Shown here: positions 26,965-38,700 of the stretch, piece after piece
Position numbering within the stretch: the first letter of the stretch is position 1
Layout: every line of letters begins with the position of its first letter
Assembly: GCF_006345805.1 (NCBI RefSeq)
Contig: NC_043000.1
Coordinates: 99,076,001-99,140,000, forward strand
DNA length: 64,000 nt
Direction: 5' to 3'
Source of the DNA: Octopus sinensis
Taxonomy: Eukaryota
Program-made: the position numbers and the translations under genes
Notes under the pieces: model-generated
What the model was told of the DNA's origin: nothing
The model's input: the letters and a program-made list of their open reading frames with translations, nothing else
The model's database searches: none

Positions 26965-27104
26965 TATACCTCGAACAAGGGGGCTAATGTCCCCACACAG
27001 TCTTAAGTGGTACCTGTACACCATGGTTTCTGAGTTATTTCTCTTCATCGGCACAGGATAACCGTTGGCTAGAGATGGCAGCCTTAGGCCTTGCTCGAGG
27101 TATA
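26965..27104. mobile_element. ~140-bp MITE, TA-flanked (Tc1/mariner type)
   Basis: ta|tacctcgaacaagg ... ccttgctcgaggta|ta. Confidence 0.75.
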
Positions 27105-27193
27105 TACTTTTAAAGTGACACACAGTTACTGATCTCGTAAAGACAAAAAAATTAGTTTTAATTCACTGAGCGAGAAGTATATGTATGCATGTA

Positions 27194-27304
27194 TGTCATT
27201 ATTCAGTTTATTTCAAGATTTCTTGTCAATAGAGAAAGAACCGGTTTCTAACCTAGCTCCAAGGTTCCTTCATTGGAATTTCAACATCAACAACAGGGTA
27301 TTTT
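27194..27304 (-). mobile_element. ~110-bp (TACA)n-flanked short element, copy 2
   Basis: Reverse complement of 5601-5712. Confidence 0.75.
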
Positions 27305-27391
27305 GTTCGTTATGTATGTATGTATGCATGTATGTATGTATGCATGTATGTATGTATGTATGTATGTATGTATGTATGTATCATGTATGTA

Positions 27392-27711
27392 TTCTCATGC
27401 ATATAGTTACATATCTAGACATGCTCATATATACTTAAATGATAAACTTCTGAAAAGTTTTACAGATTTTTACAGTTCCAGTGATGGACTGGATCTTTAA
27501 TCTTCGAATTAGCTTTCTCCTTTCTGATCTTGAGAAGCCTAATTTCTCAAGATTGCAATTTAGTCCCTAATAATTACAGGTATAAATCTGAAATTGTAAT
27601 CTGGATAGAATAACTGCAGATTTCTCAATAGCTCAGCATAGGTGATTCCTTTTTCATTGATCTTCACCTAATTTCCACAACTGTGCGCAGTTTTCTTCTC
27701 TATTCCAAATC
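27392..27711 (-). mobile_element. 5'-truncated RLE-clade (R4/Dong-like) non-LTR retrotransposon 3' end within (TACA)n
   Basis: IWNREEN...TYAELLRNLQLFYPDYNFRFIPVII / NLEKLGFSRSERRKLIRRLKIQSITGTVKICKTFQKFII*, short 3' UTR, then (TACA)n; (TACA)n-like sequence also on the 5' side. Confidence 0.75.
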
Positions 27712-27842
27712 ATATGTATGCATGTATACATGTATGTATGTATGTGTGTGTGTATGTATATGTGTATGTATGTATGTATGTATGTATGTATGTATGTATG
27801 TATGTATGTATCTATGTATGTATGTGATATATACATATATAT

Positions 27843-28045
27843 TAATGTTTGTTTATGTATTCAGATATAATAAAGACTATTTTATATTAATCTGATGGGT
27901 TATTTTATACTTATGTAGAGTACAAATTTAGTATTCTTAAACAAGAACTATGTTGAAAGTGAATTGGTTGTTTCGGGTAGCTAAGCCATCTTCTGATTGC
28001 TTAGCTATCCGAATTTTCGAAGTTCCTATCAACAACATACTTATT
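27843..28045. repeat. Second member of the foldback family (hairpin core 27972-28013)
   Basis: ttcgggtagctaagc / gcttagctatccgaa; flank homologous to 22203-22310. Confidence 0.7.
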
Positions 28046-28261
28046 TAAGAATAGATGCAAACACGCACACACACATAGTAATAATGATAATAATCCATGG
28101 ATGGGGTCTATAAATATTTTAATGGATCGCTACGCTCGTTTCCAGAAATCATGTTTTTTAAGATCATAGTCCGTATTCCTTGGATGCTTACAGTACACTC
28201 CGTAGTATCCATGGACATCGGGTAGATTATGTTCATACGTTCAATTCTACGGGCGATATGC

Positions 28262-28490
28262 GGCGAGCTGGCAGAGTGGTTAGCGCGCCGGGCGAAATGC
28301 TTAGCGGTATTTCGTCTGAGTTCAAATTCCGCCGAGGTCGACTTTGCCTTTCATCCTTTCGGGGTCGATAAATTAAATACCAGTTACGCACTGGGGTCGA
28401 TATAATCGACTTAATACCTATGTCTGTCCTTGTTTGTCCCCTCTGTGTTTAGCCCCTTGTGGGTAATAAAGAAATAGGTATTAATGGATG
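28262..28490 (+). mobile_element. SINE family B
   Basis: ggcgagctggcagagtggttagcgcgccgggcgaaatgc...gagttcaaattccgccgaggtcgactttgcc; copies at 58582, 60705 and 60900. Confidence 0.9.
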
Positions 28491-29037
28491 TTTAACTGAG
28501 GTTTGTTTACCAATTTTGACCAATGAGTTCTCTGGTTTGACGTCATTCAAATCAGGCATACCCTCAATGTATTAAGAAGTAATCGGGGTCAGTAGGTACA
28601 TCTATTAAGTTGCTGGAGTTCATTGTCCGAGTTGACAAAAATGATATTTTCTCAAAATATCCTTTTGGTGTTACAATGGTATAAAATATAGCAACAAAAT
28701 AATTACTATTTTCATACGCTGTATGTCACTCATCAGACCGAAGATACCTTAGTTAAATGGAGATTACATTGCCGTCAAGAGCTCCCAAGTTAACAGGCTG
28801 CAGATTTGATCGCAAATGAGTGGAAAGCATGGAGTCTGAGAACAAAAACGAAAGACATATGTACGAAGTAAGATATGGGAGTGGGCAAATGTCGAAAGTT
28901 GTTAAGAAGGGGGGGAAGGGGGGATTCTCGTTAGATCGAAGATGACAAGAGGAAAGTCTTTGTGAATATAAGGCTGAGGGTCATTTACTATGTCATCTGT
29001 AGATAAATAAATAAATAAATAAATATATGGTTGCTCA

Positions 29038-29084
<47 letters not shown>

Positions 29085-29086
<2 letters not shown>

Positions 29087-30090
29087 TATTTTTACGTATT
29101 TTTTTATTCTTATTCGTTCCCGTCCTTGTTTTGTATTCTTATTCGTTCCCGTCCTTGTTTTGTATACATTCGAGGCTTTCTTCCAAGGAATCTAATGCGC
29201 TTGGCTTAGATTTTCCAGGTCGGAGCAATCTCAAAATTAATCAGCCGAAATTGCGAAGATGATCCGGTTTTTGACTGAAGATCGAAGGCTTCGAGTGTCC
29301 CGTCCGTTTTTTTGTATCGTCTTCTAAATGTTTTGCGTTCTTGTCCCAGTTTGTGTTTTTTTACATTTATATTTTATATGGCGACGCCCGTACCCCCTTT
29401 TTGATATTTTATGTGAAATACATTTTTTCTCTAATACATGGTACGACTCTACAACACTGTCTCTCTCCCTCTCCTACATTTCTCTGCCTATCACACTTTG
29501 CACTCCACTTTGACCCGTCTCTTTCTCTCTCTCTCCTCCTCCTTTGTTCCTTGTTCCCTTTTTTTCTCTCTTCCTCTGTCCCGCTCACACGTGACTAACT
29601 TTTGGACAGCTGTCCTGCCTTTTCGTGATCAACAGCCGTATAGGCCAGACACATTTTATTTCTCTCTTCGCCTTTAGGCAATTTTTCAATGCGCCAGCTC
29701 AAGTTCACCCGTCCTGTCGAAAAGACACCTGTCTGTAACGTCCTGTTTTTGTTATTATTATTATCACTATTGTTTTTACGTATTTTCGTATTCTTATTCG
29801 TGTTATCATTATTATTTTTACGTATTTTTGTATTCTTATTCGTTCCCGTCCTTGTTTTGTATACATTCGAGGCTTTCTTCTAAGGAATCTAATGCGCTTG
29901 GCTTAGATTTTCCTTTGGGGCTGGCCAGGTCGGAGCAATCTCAAAATTAATATGCCGAAATTACGAAGATGATCCGGTTTTTGACTGAAGATCGAATGCT
30001 TCGAATGTCCCGTTCGTTTTTTTTTGTATCGTCTTCTAAATGTTTTGCGTTCTTGTCCCAGTTTGTGTTTTTCTACATTTATCCTATATA
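29085..30090 (+). mobile_element. Short element with ~290-bp direct repeats (TRIM / LTR-like)
   Basis: 29085-29370 and ~29800-30090 are near-identical and flank ~430 bp of non-coding sequence; tggcgacgcc lies shortly after the first repeat; tgtaacgtcc at ~29734 may be the true LTR start. Confidence 0.55.
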
Positions 30091-30929
30091 TATATTATAT
30101 ATATATATATATATACATACATTTAAGCCGAATCAAAGAAAATAAAAGGGGAGAATCTTATAGGTCAAATTGTCAGGAAGAGAAGTGGAGGAGAAAATTT
30201 AGGTGTGGTAGTAATGTGAATTTATTAGGAAGAGGAAGAAGAGATGTAGATGGCAGATAAAGTTTCTCGTCAATAGGGGAACATAGTAGTTTTAGGTAAA
30301 CTGGTGGTTTATCGCTTAACAATAAATCTTTGCATACACACGCGCGTATTTTCTCTGTGTACCTGTAGTATCCGTTAGGTGTGCACGCCTGCGTATGCAC
30401 CTCCATATTCTCATGTGCAGAGAGGAGGATGTAAGGAGATCATGAGGTTAAGAAAAATCTAAAGGTAATTAGAAAAGTTGTCTGTTATGAATATACAAAA
30501 GAGCTGCAAGTGGCTTTCATATTTTGGGGATTGATAAGTAACAACTAAACTCTGGGATCAATATTATCAACTAGACCCCTCCCGAAAAATTTCAAGGTTT
30601 GTGCTTATAGTACAAAGGAATATTTTCTCTTAATGGCCATGTCTGTGATAACATCAGATTTTATAATTTCATCCAAAATAAACAACTTTCCGTTTAGTAA
30701 CCACTGTTAAAATTCTCTCGTATAAAATGTAAATGATTTCAAAGCATTTTCTTAATAACAACAAAGTTGAAGTCATTTCTTGCATGAACATGACCGAAGA
30801 AGAAATCTACAAATTTTTATCAATGGATAATTTAATCTGATATTTTTTAAATAAGATATTCTTGACTGACCAGTTTTGATACCATGATGTATAATTAAAT
30901 AATAGTATGTATGTGAATGTGCGTGTGCA

Positions 30930-30966
<37 letters not shown>

Positions 30967-31069
30967 AAGAGACTAAGTGCATAAAAACATTTGTGCATAC
31001 ATATATATGTGATTTTACATATATGTATATATGTGTACACACACACATGCGAACACACACAAACACACA

Positions 31070-31121
<52 letters not shown>

Positions 31122-31897
31122 CACACAGAGACGTGACAGACAGAGTGGTGAAGGGAGAAGGAAGACGAGTGTATATAAGTGTTGAAGTTTGCTTGAAGCA
31201 TTACGATATCTGAAAACCGAGTTTAACAATACAATAGAATGTATACCTATTAAAGTAACAACACGCTAATCAAGTATTACCTTAGGGATAATATACAATT
31301 CGTTAATTCCCTATAAGTCGAGTAGTGATTCGCATTAATACTAAGAAGCTTTTAAAGAAATATGATTAGATTATGCATCCATTTGACTACAGGGAATTTA
31401 ATTGTTAAGTTTCACATCAACAATCATTCATATTGTAGTTATTCATAAATTAATGTAAACTCATAACTATAATAAATGATTGTGCGTGTGTATGTATATA
31501 TTTTTGTAACTGTTATATATATATAACATCTAGTGTATATATACATATATAACATCTGGTAACTTGACTGAAGAAAGAAGGCTACGTATGATCCGTCCTT
31601 TTTTTCCCTCTCCTAATTATTGTTTCTCCTGTCCACCTTTGTACCGTCTATCTGTCCGAATGTTTTATTGTCCTCTATTGCGTTTTTGTACCATTTTTTA
31701 TATTTATATATACAAATAGCGGCGTACGTACACACTTGTGCTCACCCTATACATACATACATACATACATACATACATACATACATACATACATACATTA
31801 TACATACATTATACATACATGCATGCATACATACATACATGCATTTCACGCTAACTACTTGATAAATTCGTATAGAGATTTTATCCTATATTTAGAT

Positions 31898-31950
<53 letters not shown>

Positions 31951-31954
<4 letters not shown>

Positions 31955-32424
31955 GAATAAAATCAAAATAAGCAACAGGATATCCAGAGTACGACCGTTT
32001 CAAGCGGCTCCATTTAATTGAGCAATATAATCATTACATCAATTTAAGTGCAGGGTTATCCTCAACTGCATAAATAAATAAATAGAATTTTTTTCATCAG
32101 TCGGACACATTTGTATAATTTTATTTCAATTCTCTAAGAGGGTAATAAGACAGACAAAGTCCATGCTGTAGTCACTTCAGCTTAGAAGTTTCTAAGACAT
32201 CAGGAAAAAATCTGTTTGGGTCATAACTTGTTCAGTTTTAATTTATTAGTCTTGTTTATCAAAATGTTTGTATAACAAATTTTAGACTAGACAATAGTGT
32301 CTGTTAAGAAAGAGCACGGATAGCCCTACATTTAAATTGATGTGATGATTGCATTGTTCAATTAAATGGAACCGCTTGAAACGGTCGTAGTGCACCACCT
32401 CTGGATATCCTTTTGCATATTTTG
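31951..32424. mobile_element. Terminal-repeat copy with an inverted partial duplicate (Penelope-like junction pattern)
   Basis: 31964-32061 is the reverse complement of 32318-32424; the longer minus copy also matches 640-845. Confidence 0.7.
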
Positions 32425-32429
32425 AGGCA

Positions 32430-32595
32430 CAGGTGTTGTATAGTAAGAAGGTAAGAAGCTTGCTTCCTAACCACACGATTTCAGGTTCAGTCCCTCTACA
32501 TGGCATCTTGGGCAAGTGACTGCTGCTAAAGCCTCGGGCCGATTAAACCCTTGTGAGTGGATTTGGTAAACGGACACTGAAAGAACTTCGTCGTA
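32430..32595 (+). mobile_element. SINE family A, 5' half
   Basis: gtaagaagcttgcttcctaaccac...caggttcagtccc...gcctcgggccga. Confidence 0.8.
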
Positions 32596-32602
32596 TATAT
32601 AT

Positions 32603-32870
32603 ATAGCATTATTGAGATTAGCCCTTGATTTCTTTTACTTCTCTATCCATTAGAATGTAGAGGAGAGCTGTCGGTTATGTTCCCAGAGATGAAGCATTCA
32701 GATCCCTCCTGTCGAGTCTTGCAGATAAAACGGGACAAGGAAGGGGAATTTACGGTGTCCCTAAATCTAAATTAGTGTCAATACTGACTATACCGGTTCT
32801 ATAATCTTCGGTGATAAATCCTGTCGCTTCATCTTGGATGTCCATAACCTCGCTAATCTATGCATAAGTA
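32603..32870. mobile_element. Possible degenerate MITE
   Basis: gagattagc/gctaatct and gagatgaagc/gcttcatctt inverted motifs near both ends. Confidence 0.3.
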
Positions 32871-32882
32871 TACATACTTATT

Positions 32883-32971
<89 letters not shown>

Positions 32972-32974
<3 letters not shown>

Positions 32975-33605
32975 GTATTTATATATGTACATATATATAC
33001 ACATACACACATATATATCGATAAGTTTTCTCTGCACAACTTACTCTCTTATTCAAGCATACTCAAAAAACACACACAAACACACAAATATTCTGTGTGT
33101 ATTTATTTATTTATATTTATTTATCTCTCCTGGTTTCTCTTGATATGTCTTTGAAATATTTATAATAGTAGACGTCTGAAGCTATCATCTCTGAATAGCG
33201 AAAAATCTTATCACTTTAAATTCTCAATGACCCTTGACGTCGGCGAATCTCTTTTCATTTAAACTTTTAACTACTAAAGTACAGAGGAGAACTTCAGTTT
33301 CGCGTAAATGAATTATCTTCATGACAACATTGATATCTTCATATCTACTATATCAGTACATGCAATTAATTTCGCATATCAAAGTGTGTACTACATTGTG
33401 CTACCGTTAATTCATTGAAGTAGAAGGGACACAAACAAACGCACACTCACATCCATACACATATATATAGTTATGCAAATACATACATAAATACAACACA
33501 TACACACATACATACGTACATATATATACATTCATTCATGTATGTTTGCGTTTATAAGTATACACGCATGCGCAACACCACCACTCACGTGTGTGTGAGT
33601 GTGTG

Positions 33606-33654
<49 letters not shown>

Positions 33655-33710
33655 ATATGTATGTATATATATATATTTATATATATATGTGTATATATAT
33701 GTATATATGA

Positions 33711-33773
<63 letters not shown>

Positions 33774-34508
33774 GTATTTATATATGTACATATATATATA
33801 CACATACACACATATATATCGATAAGTTTTCTCTGCACAACTTACTCTCTTATTCAAGCATACTCAAAAAACACACACAAACACACAATATTCTGTGTGT
33901 ATTTATTTATTTATATTTATTTATCTCTCCTGGTTTCTCTTGATATGTCTTTGAAATATTTATAATAGTAGACGTCTGAAGCTATCATCTCTGAATAGCG
34001 AAAAATCTTATCACTTTAAATTCTCAATGACCCTTGACGTCGGCGAATCTCTTTTCATTTAACTTTTAACTACTAAAGTACAGAGGAGAACTTCAGTTTC
34101 GCGTAAATGAATTATCTTCATGACAACATTGATATCTTCATATCTACTATATCAGTACATGCAATTAATTTCGCATATCAAAGTGTGTACTACATTGTGC
34201 TACCGTTAATTCATTGAAGTAGAAGGGACACAAACAACGCACACTCACATCCATACACATATATATAGTTATGCAAATACATACATAAATACAACACATA
34301 CACACATACATACGTACATATATATACATTCATTCATGTATGTTTGCGTTTATAAGTATACACGCATGCGCAACACCACCACTCACGTGTGTGTGAGTGT
34401 GTGTATATACATATATATATATATATATATTGTGTGTGTGTGTGTGTATATGTATGTATATATATATATATGTATATATATATATGTGTATATATATGTA
34501 TATATATG

Positions 34509-34540
<32 letters not shown>

Positions 34541-34544
34541 ATAT

Positions 34545-34545
<1 letters not shown>
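32972..34545 (+). repeat. Near-perfect tandem duplication, period ~801 bp (contains block A copies 3 and 4)
   Basis: gataagttttctctgcac at 33020 and 33821; the only differences I saw in unique sequence are single-base homopolymer indels. Confidence 0.95.
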
Positions 34546-34582
<37 letters not shown>

Positions 34583-34769
34583 TGTATATGTACGTGTGTG
34601 TGTGTGTATATATACATGCATACATTTTCATAATATAAAATATATGCCTCTAAACAACCGATGAGAAACGCCGACTGGATAACCTCCGTTAAGATGGTTC
34701 CGGATGGGATAACAGAGGCTACGCAGTTAAACAGAGGAGGGAAAAATAGAGGAAAACTGGGCGAAAACA

Positions 34770-34915
34770 TGTTTCTTTCTGTGTTCTTTTCTGTGGAAGA
34801 GCGTAGACTCAAAACTTTAAAGACTTTTTTCACTCCCTGAGCGTTATACTAATACATCTGTTTGTTGTCTACACCACCTGTCTTCGTCTTTTGTTTTTTT
34901 TTGTGAATTCTCCCC
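34770..34915 (+). mobile_element. Solo pLTR-like repeat (second PLE family)
   Basis: tgttcttttctgtggaagagcgtagactcaaaactttaaagac...gtcttcgtcttttg. Confidence 0.7.
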
Positions 34916-34959
34916 CTACACACACACACACACACATACAAACACACACACATGTGTGT

Positions 34960-35305
34960 AGACAAACGAAAGAAGGGCACTCAACACATTTATTGGGAGT
35001 TACATGCATAGATCAAAGCAGTTTGATTCGGACTCCTTGGGGTTCTAAGTTTCAAGCGTGAGACTAGTCTTCGGTCATTGTGATCTGAACGAGAGTTCGA
35101 TTGAAGTGAGTCAATGTTTACTACTTGACGTTAGTCTGCGGTAAGTCGGGATGGTCATGTGGTATACCAGTCCGATGTTGGTATTTCAGCGACAAGAATT
35201 AGTTGGAAAATCCCGCATGGGGAAGAGGAAATCGACGGCGTGGTGGACAGGAAATTGACCGCGAAGTGGACAAGAAATCCGTCGTGTGCTTGGGGTGGAG
35301 GGGGT
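34960..35305 (-). mobile_element. Possible solo LTR
   Basis: GC-richer block; minus strand runs tgctacc...AATAAA...gtctaca; no second copy to confirm. Confidence 0.3.
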
Positions 35306-35529
35306 AGCAAGTATATATGTATATGTCCATCTACTTTCGTGTATGCATCCGTACTTATACGTGTATGTATGTGTGCTCAGAAGCACACTCACACAACCAC
35401 GCGCACGCATACGCACGAACACACACACAGACACACACACACACATACACACATACACAAAGTCACACATGTACATGCAGAGTCGCGGGCACACATATAC
35501 ATATGCAGCAGTGAGAGGACATATACCAT

Positions 35530-35820
35530 ATAAGACCAGTTCAAACATGTTTCAGAAGTAGTTGAGCTGGTAAGAGCTTTTCGCTGCAGATTGTCGAGGA
35601 GAAAAATTCTCACTGAATACAAAACGGGTGTTAAAGCATCATGATCAATTCACAACGCCATCTATGGAACTGATGAATGCATTTCTCTTCAGCTGTAGAT
35701 ACCAAGAGAAGCAACTTTGAGCAGCTTACAAAGCAAAACCCCTTTATCTGAAATCAGTAAATATTATCTACTTCCTTTACAGGTTCAAATACCTCTCAAA
35801 TGTGTTTGAACTGGTCTTAT
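35530..35820. mobile_element. ~290-bp MITE
   Basis: TIRs ataagaccagttcaaaca / tgtttgaactggtcttat; TSD unclear. Confidence 0.7.
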
Positions 35821-35963
35821 CCGAACAGGAATAGACATACACATTATCAGTCTATCTAGTTTACATATGTGTGTGCGTATACGTGTGAGTGTGTGTGTGT
35901 GTGTGTGGTGTGTGTGTGTGTGTGTGTTTGAGAAAGAGAGAGAGAGTATGTGTATGTATATAA

Positions 35964-36181
35964 TACACGAGGGGTGCTGAAAAGTACCCATCTCGGGGTA
36001 AAAGAAAATACAGGAGGATCAGTTAATTAGGATTTCATTTAACAAATCCCCCTCTCAGACTCACACACTTATAGTGTCTTATAGTTTCTCTAAGCACTGT
36101 CAAAGAACTCGGAAGATTGGGCCTCCAGCCAGACCTTTCGCGTAACCCTTAAAATCAAGAACTTTTTAGCACCCCTGAATA
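35964..36181. mobile_element. Mariner-derived MITE
   Basis: ta-cacgaggggtgctgaaaagt ... actttttagcacccctgaa-ta. Confidence 0.75.
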
Positions 36182-36756
36182 TATATATATATATATAGTT
36201 TACTGCTCCGTTAAGATAAAATTTAAGAAGAAAATATTCCATCCAATGAGAAGTAAATGCGGACCATGTACACAGATCCTACAGTTACACCATCCTTTTT
36301 ATGAAAATCATCATACAAACCGTTGGCCTTTTAGAATTGCAATCGTGCGTATCGGCCCATTACGAGTCCTATGCTCGACGACTCCTACACCCAATAGACT
36401 TGCCATTTTTAATCTTCACATAACATCTATGAAAAATAAGGCCTGAACAATTTACTGAGAGCCTTGTTGCAAATTTTTTTTTCGTTTGTAGACGTAGATA
36501 TGACCTCCCTTTTGTGTGCTTCGTGGCGACTCTAATCCTTTACCTACACCGATGTGTAGGTAATGGATTAGACATTATTTATATCTCACAACCCATGTTA
36601 TTCCGGCTACCCACCCAGCACCACACTTTCTCTCTACCTCTTCGTTCTCGTTGACTGACACGCGTTTCTAGAGTGTGTATCCATGACGCAAACTTGGATT
36701 ATTCGTATTTCAGCATACTATTTGATGATACGATATGTGCTATATCTAATCAGAAA

Positions 36757-36917
36757 TGGCTGTGTGGTAAGTAGCTTGCTTACTAACCACATGGTTCCGG
36801 GTTCGGTCCCACTGCGTGGCACCTTGGGCAAGTGTCTTCTACTATAGCCTCGGGCCGACCAAAGCCTTGTGAGTGGATTTGGTAGACGGAAACTGAAAGA
36901 AGCCCGTCGTACATATG

Positions 36918-36971
<54 letters not shown>

Positions 36972-37082
36972 TCCTCCAACATCGCTTGACAATCGATTCT
37001 GGTGTATTTACGTCCTCGTGACTTAGTGGCTCGGCAAAAACAGACCGATAGAATAAGTACTAAGCTTACAAAGAATAAGTAA
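36757..37082 (+). mobile_element. SINE family A (3'-truncated)
   Basis: Clean head ggctgtgtggtaagtagcttgcttactaaccacatggttccgggttcggtccc. Confidence 0.9.
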
Positions 37083-37261
37083 AAGAATTATTCAGTGACC
37101 TTGCGTACACGATATTTTAGTCGGAGAAACTATCGAATTAGAAACGAAATAAATTAATACCGCCAACCTGTTCCCTGTTATTCTCTCTTTCTCTCTCTTT
37201 CTCCCTCTTCTGTATGAGTGTGCATATATGTATATGTGTGTACACACACACACATATAGTT

Positions 37262-38700
37262 GGAATTTATAGAACTGCAAAAGATGAAGACAGGTGTTTG
37301 AACAACAAACAGGCGTATTAGTTTGACACTGGGAGAAATGAAAAAGTCTTTTACGTTTCGAGGCTACGCTCTTCAGAAGATAGGAATAAGAGAAAATAAA
37401 CAGAGAGAGAATGAAAAATAATAAAAAAGAGTTGTAGCTTTAGCTGTCAAGCATGGCGAATGATTAGAAAAATAGTTTCAAAGAAAGGTAAATAATAAAG
37501 TGCTGGTGATCTGAAGGTACGCGTGCGTGTCTTTGCATGTGAGAACGGTGTGTATGAATGTGTAGATGTGTGTGTGTGTGTGAATAGGGGCTAGTGACTT
37601 TGACGTCTGCGTGTGTAAGTGTGTGCGTTTGTAACGTGTGTGTGTGTGTGTGTGTATCAGTTGAGATGAGCTTTTCCCATGGTGTGTGTGCGTATGTGTC
37701 TATGACCAAACAGTATGCATGTGTATGGTGTATACATGTAGGCGTAAATTAACTATGTTTGTATCGTGTGTTAAAGCGTGTTGCGTGTGTATGTATATAT
37801 AGCCTGCGTTCAGGTATTATGTGCTTGTGTGGGTGTTGGAGTGTGCGTGATGGTGTGTGGTGTTACACAGTGTGTGGCTCCTCATGTAGTGGTATGTGTG
37901 GGTTCGCTGTTGAAGATTGTCTATGGGTGTGTGGATGATGGTGTGGGTGTGTGGATGCTTGGAAGTGGTCAGTGATAGTGTGTGGGGGTAGTATGGTGGT
38001 GTGGGGTGGAGATGTAAGTGTGTGGGGGGGTTAGGTATATCAATGAAGAGAGGAAGTAAATAGGAGTGAAGAGAGGAAGTGAGTGTTAGATGAAGAGATG
38101 ATGGGAGTTGAGTCCATGTGACGCAAAGGAGTGAAAAGAGAAAATTAATTCCTGTTCACGACGAAGGCGGAAGTCCGAATGGCTCCTATGCAACAACAGC
38201 CCGAACACAGACAGATGTTGTAGTGAATGACCGGTAGAGCGGAAATGGCGAGATCCGGGGTGTCATTGCTGAGTCTGATGTCTCGGAGCTGCTCCGTGAA
38301 CCGGTCAGCCAAGCGGCGTCCCGTTTAACCGATGTACAGGGAAAGGCAGAAAGAGCAGGAGATGCAGTAAATGACGTTGCTAGACGTGCTAGACGATGAT
38401 GAGTCCCTGTGAGGATGGTGGCTTTGGAGAGGTAGGGGCAGGTAGAACGAGCCAGGCTGGGAGGGGGACTTATGGAAGAAACTGTGAACCAGGATGTCAC
38501 GCAGGTTATGGGCTTGGTTGAAAGAGGGAAGGGAAGGTTTGGGAAGATGTGTGAGGTGGAGAGGTCAGACTGGAGTCGCCGGAAGTCTTGGAGAATGGCG
38601 CACTGGGTGAAGGGGCGGTAGGTGAGGGGAAACGGGAGACGGGCAATGGCGGGGCGGGGCAGGGAGAAAGAGCAGAAGCACGGTCCACGAGACGTGATTT
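37262..38700 (-). mobile_element. 5'-truncated second Penelope-like element: GIY-YIG remnant (38086-38700), low-complexity 3' UTR, pLTR (37262-37445)
   Basis: PLTYRP..AILQDFRRLQSD.STSHIFP, NLRDILVHS, TCPYL, TSSNVIYCISCSFCLSLYIG*TGRRLADRFTEQLR, RREQELIF...GLN. Confidence 0.88.

Noticed and set aside
30173-30406. 77-aa minus-strand ORF (MEVHTQACTPNGYY...)
   Set aside because: No family recognised, no splice or repeat support
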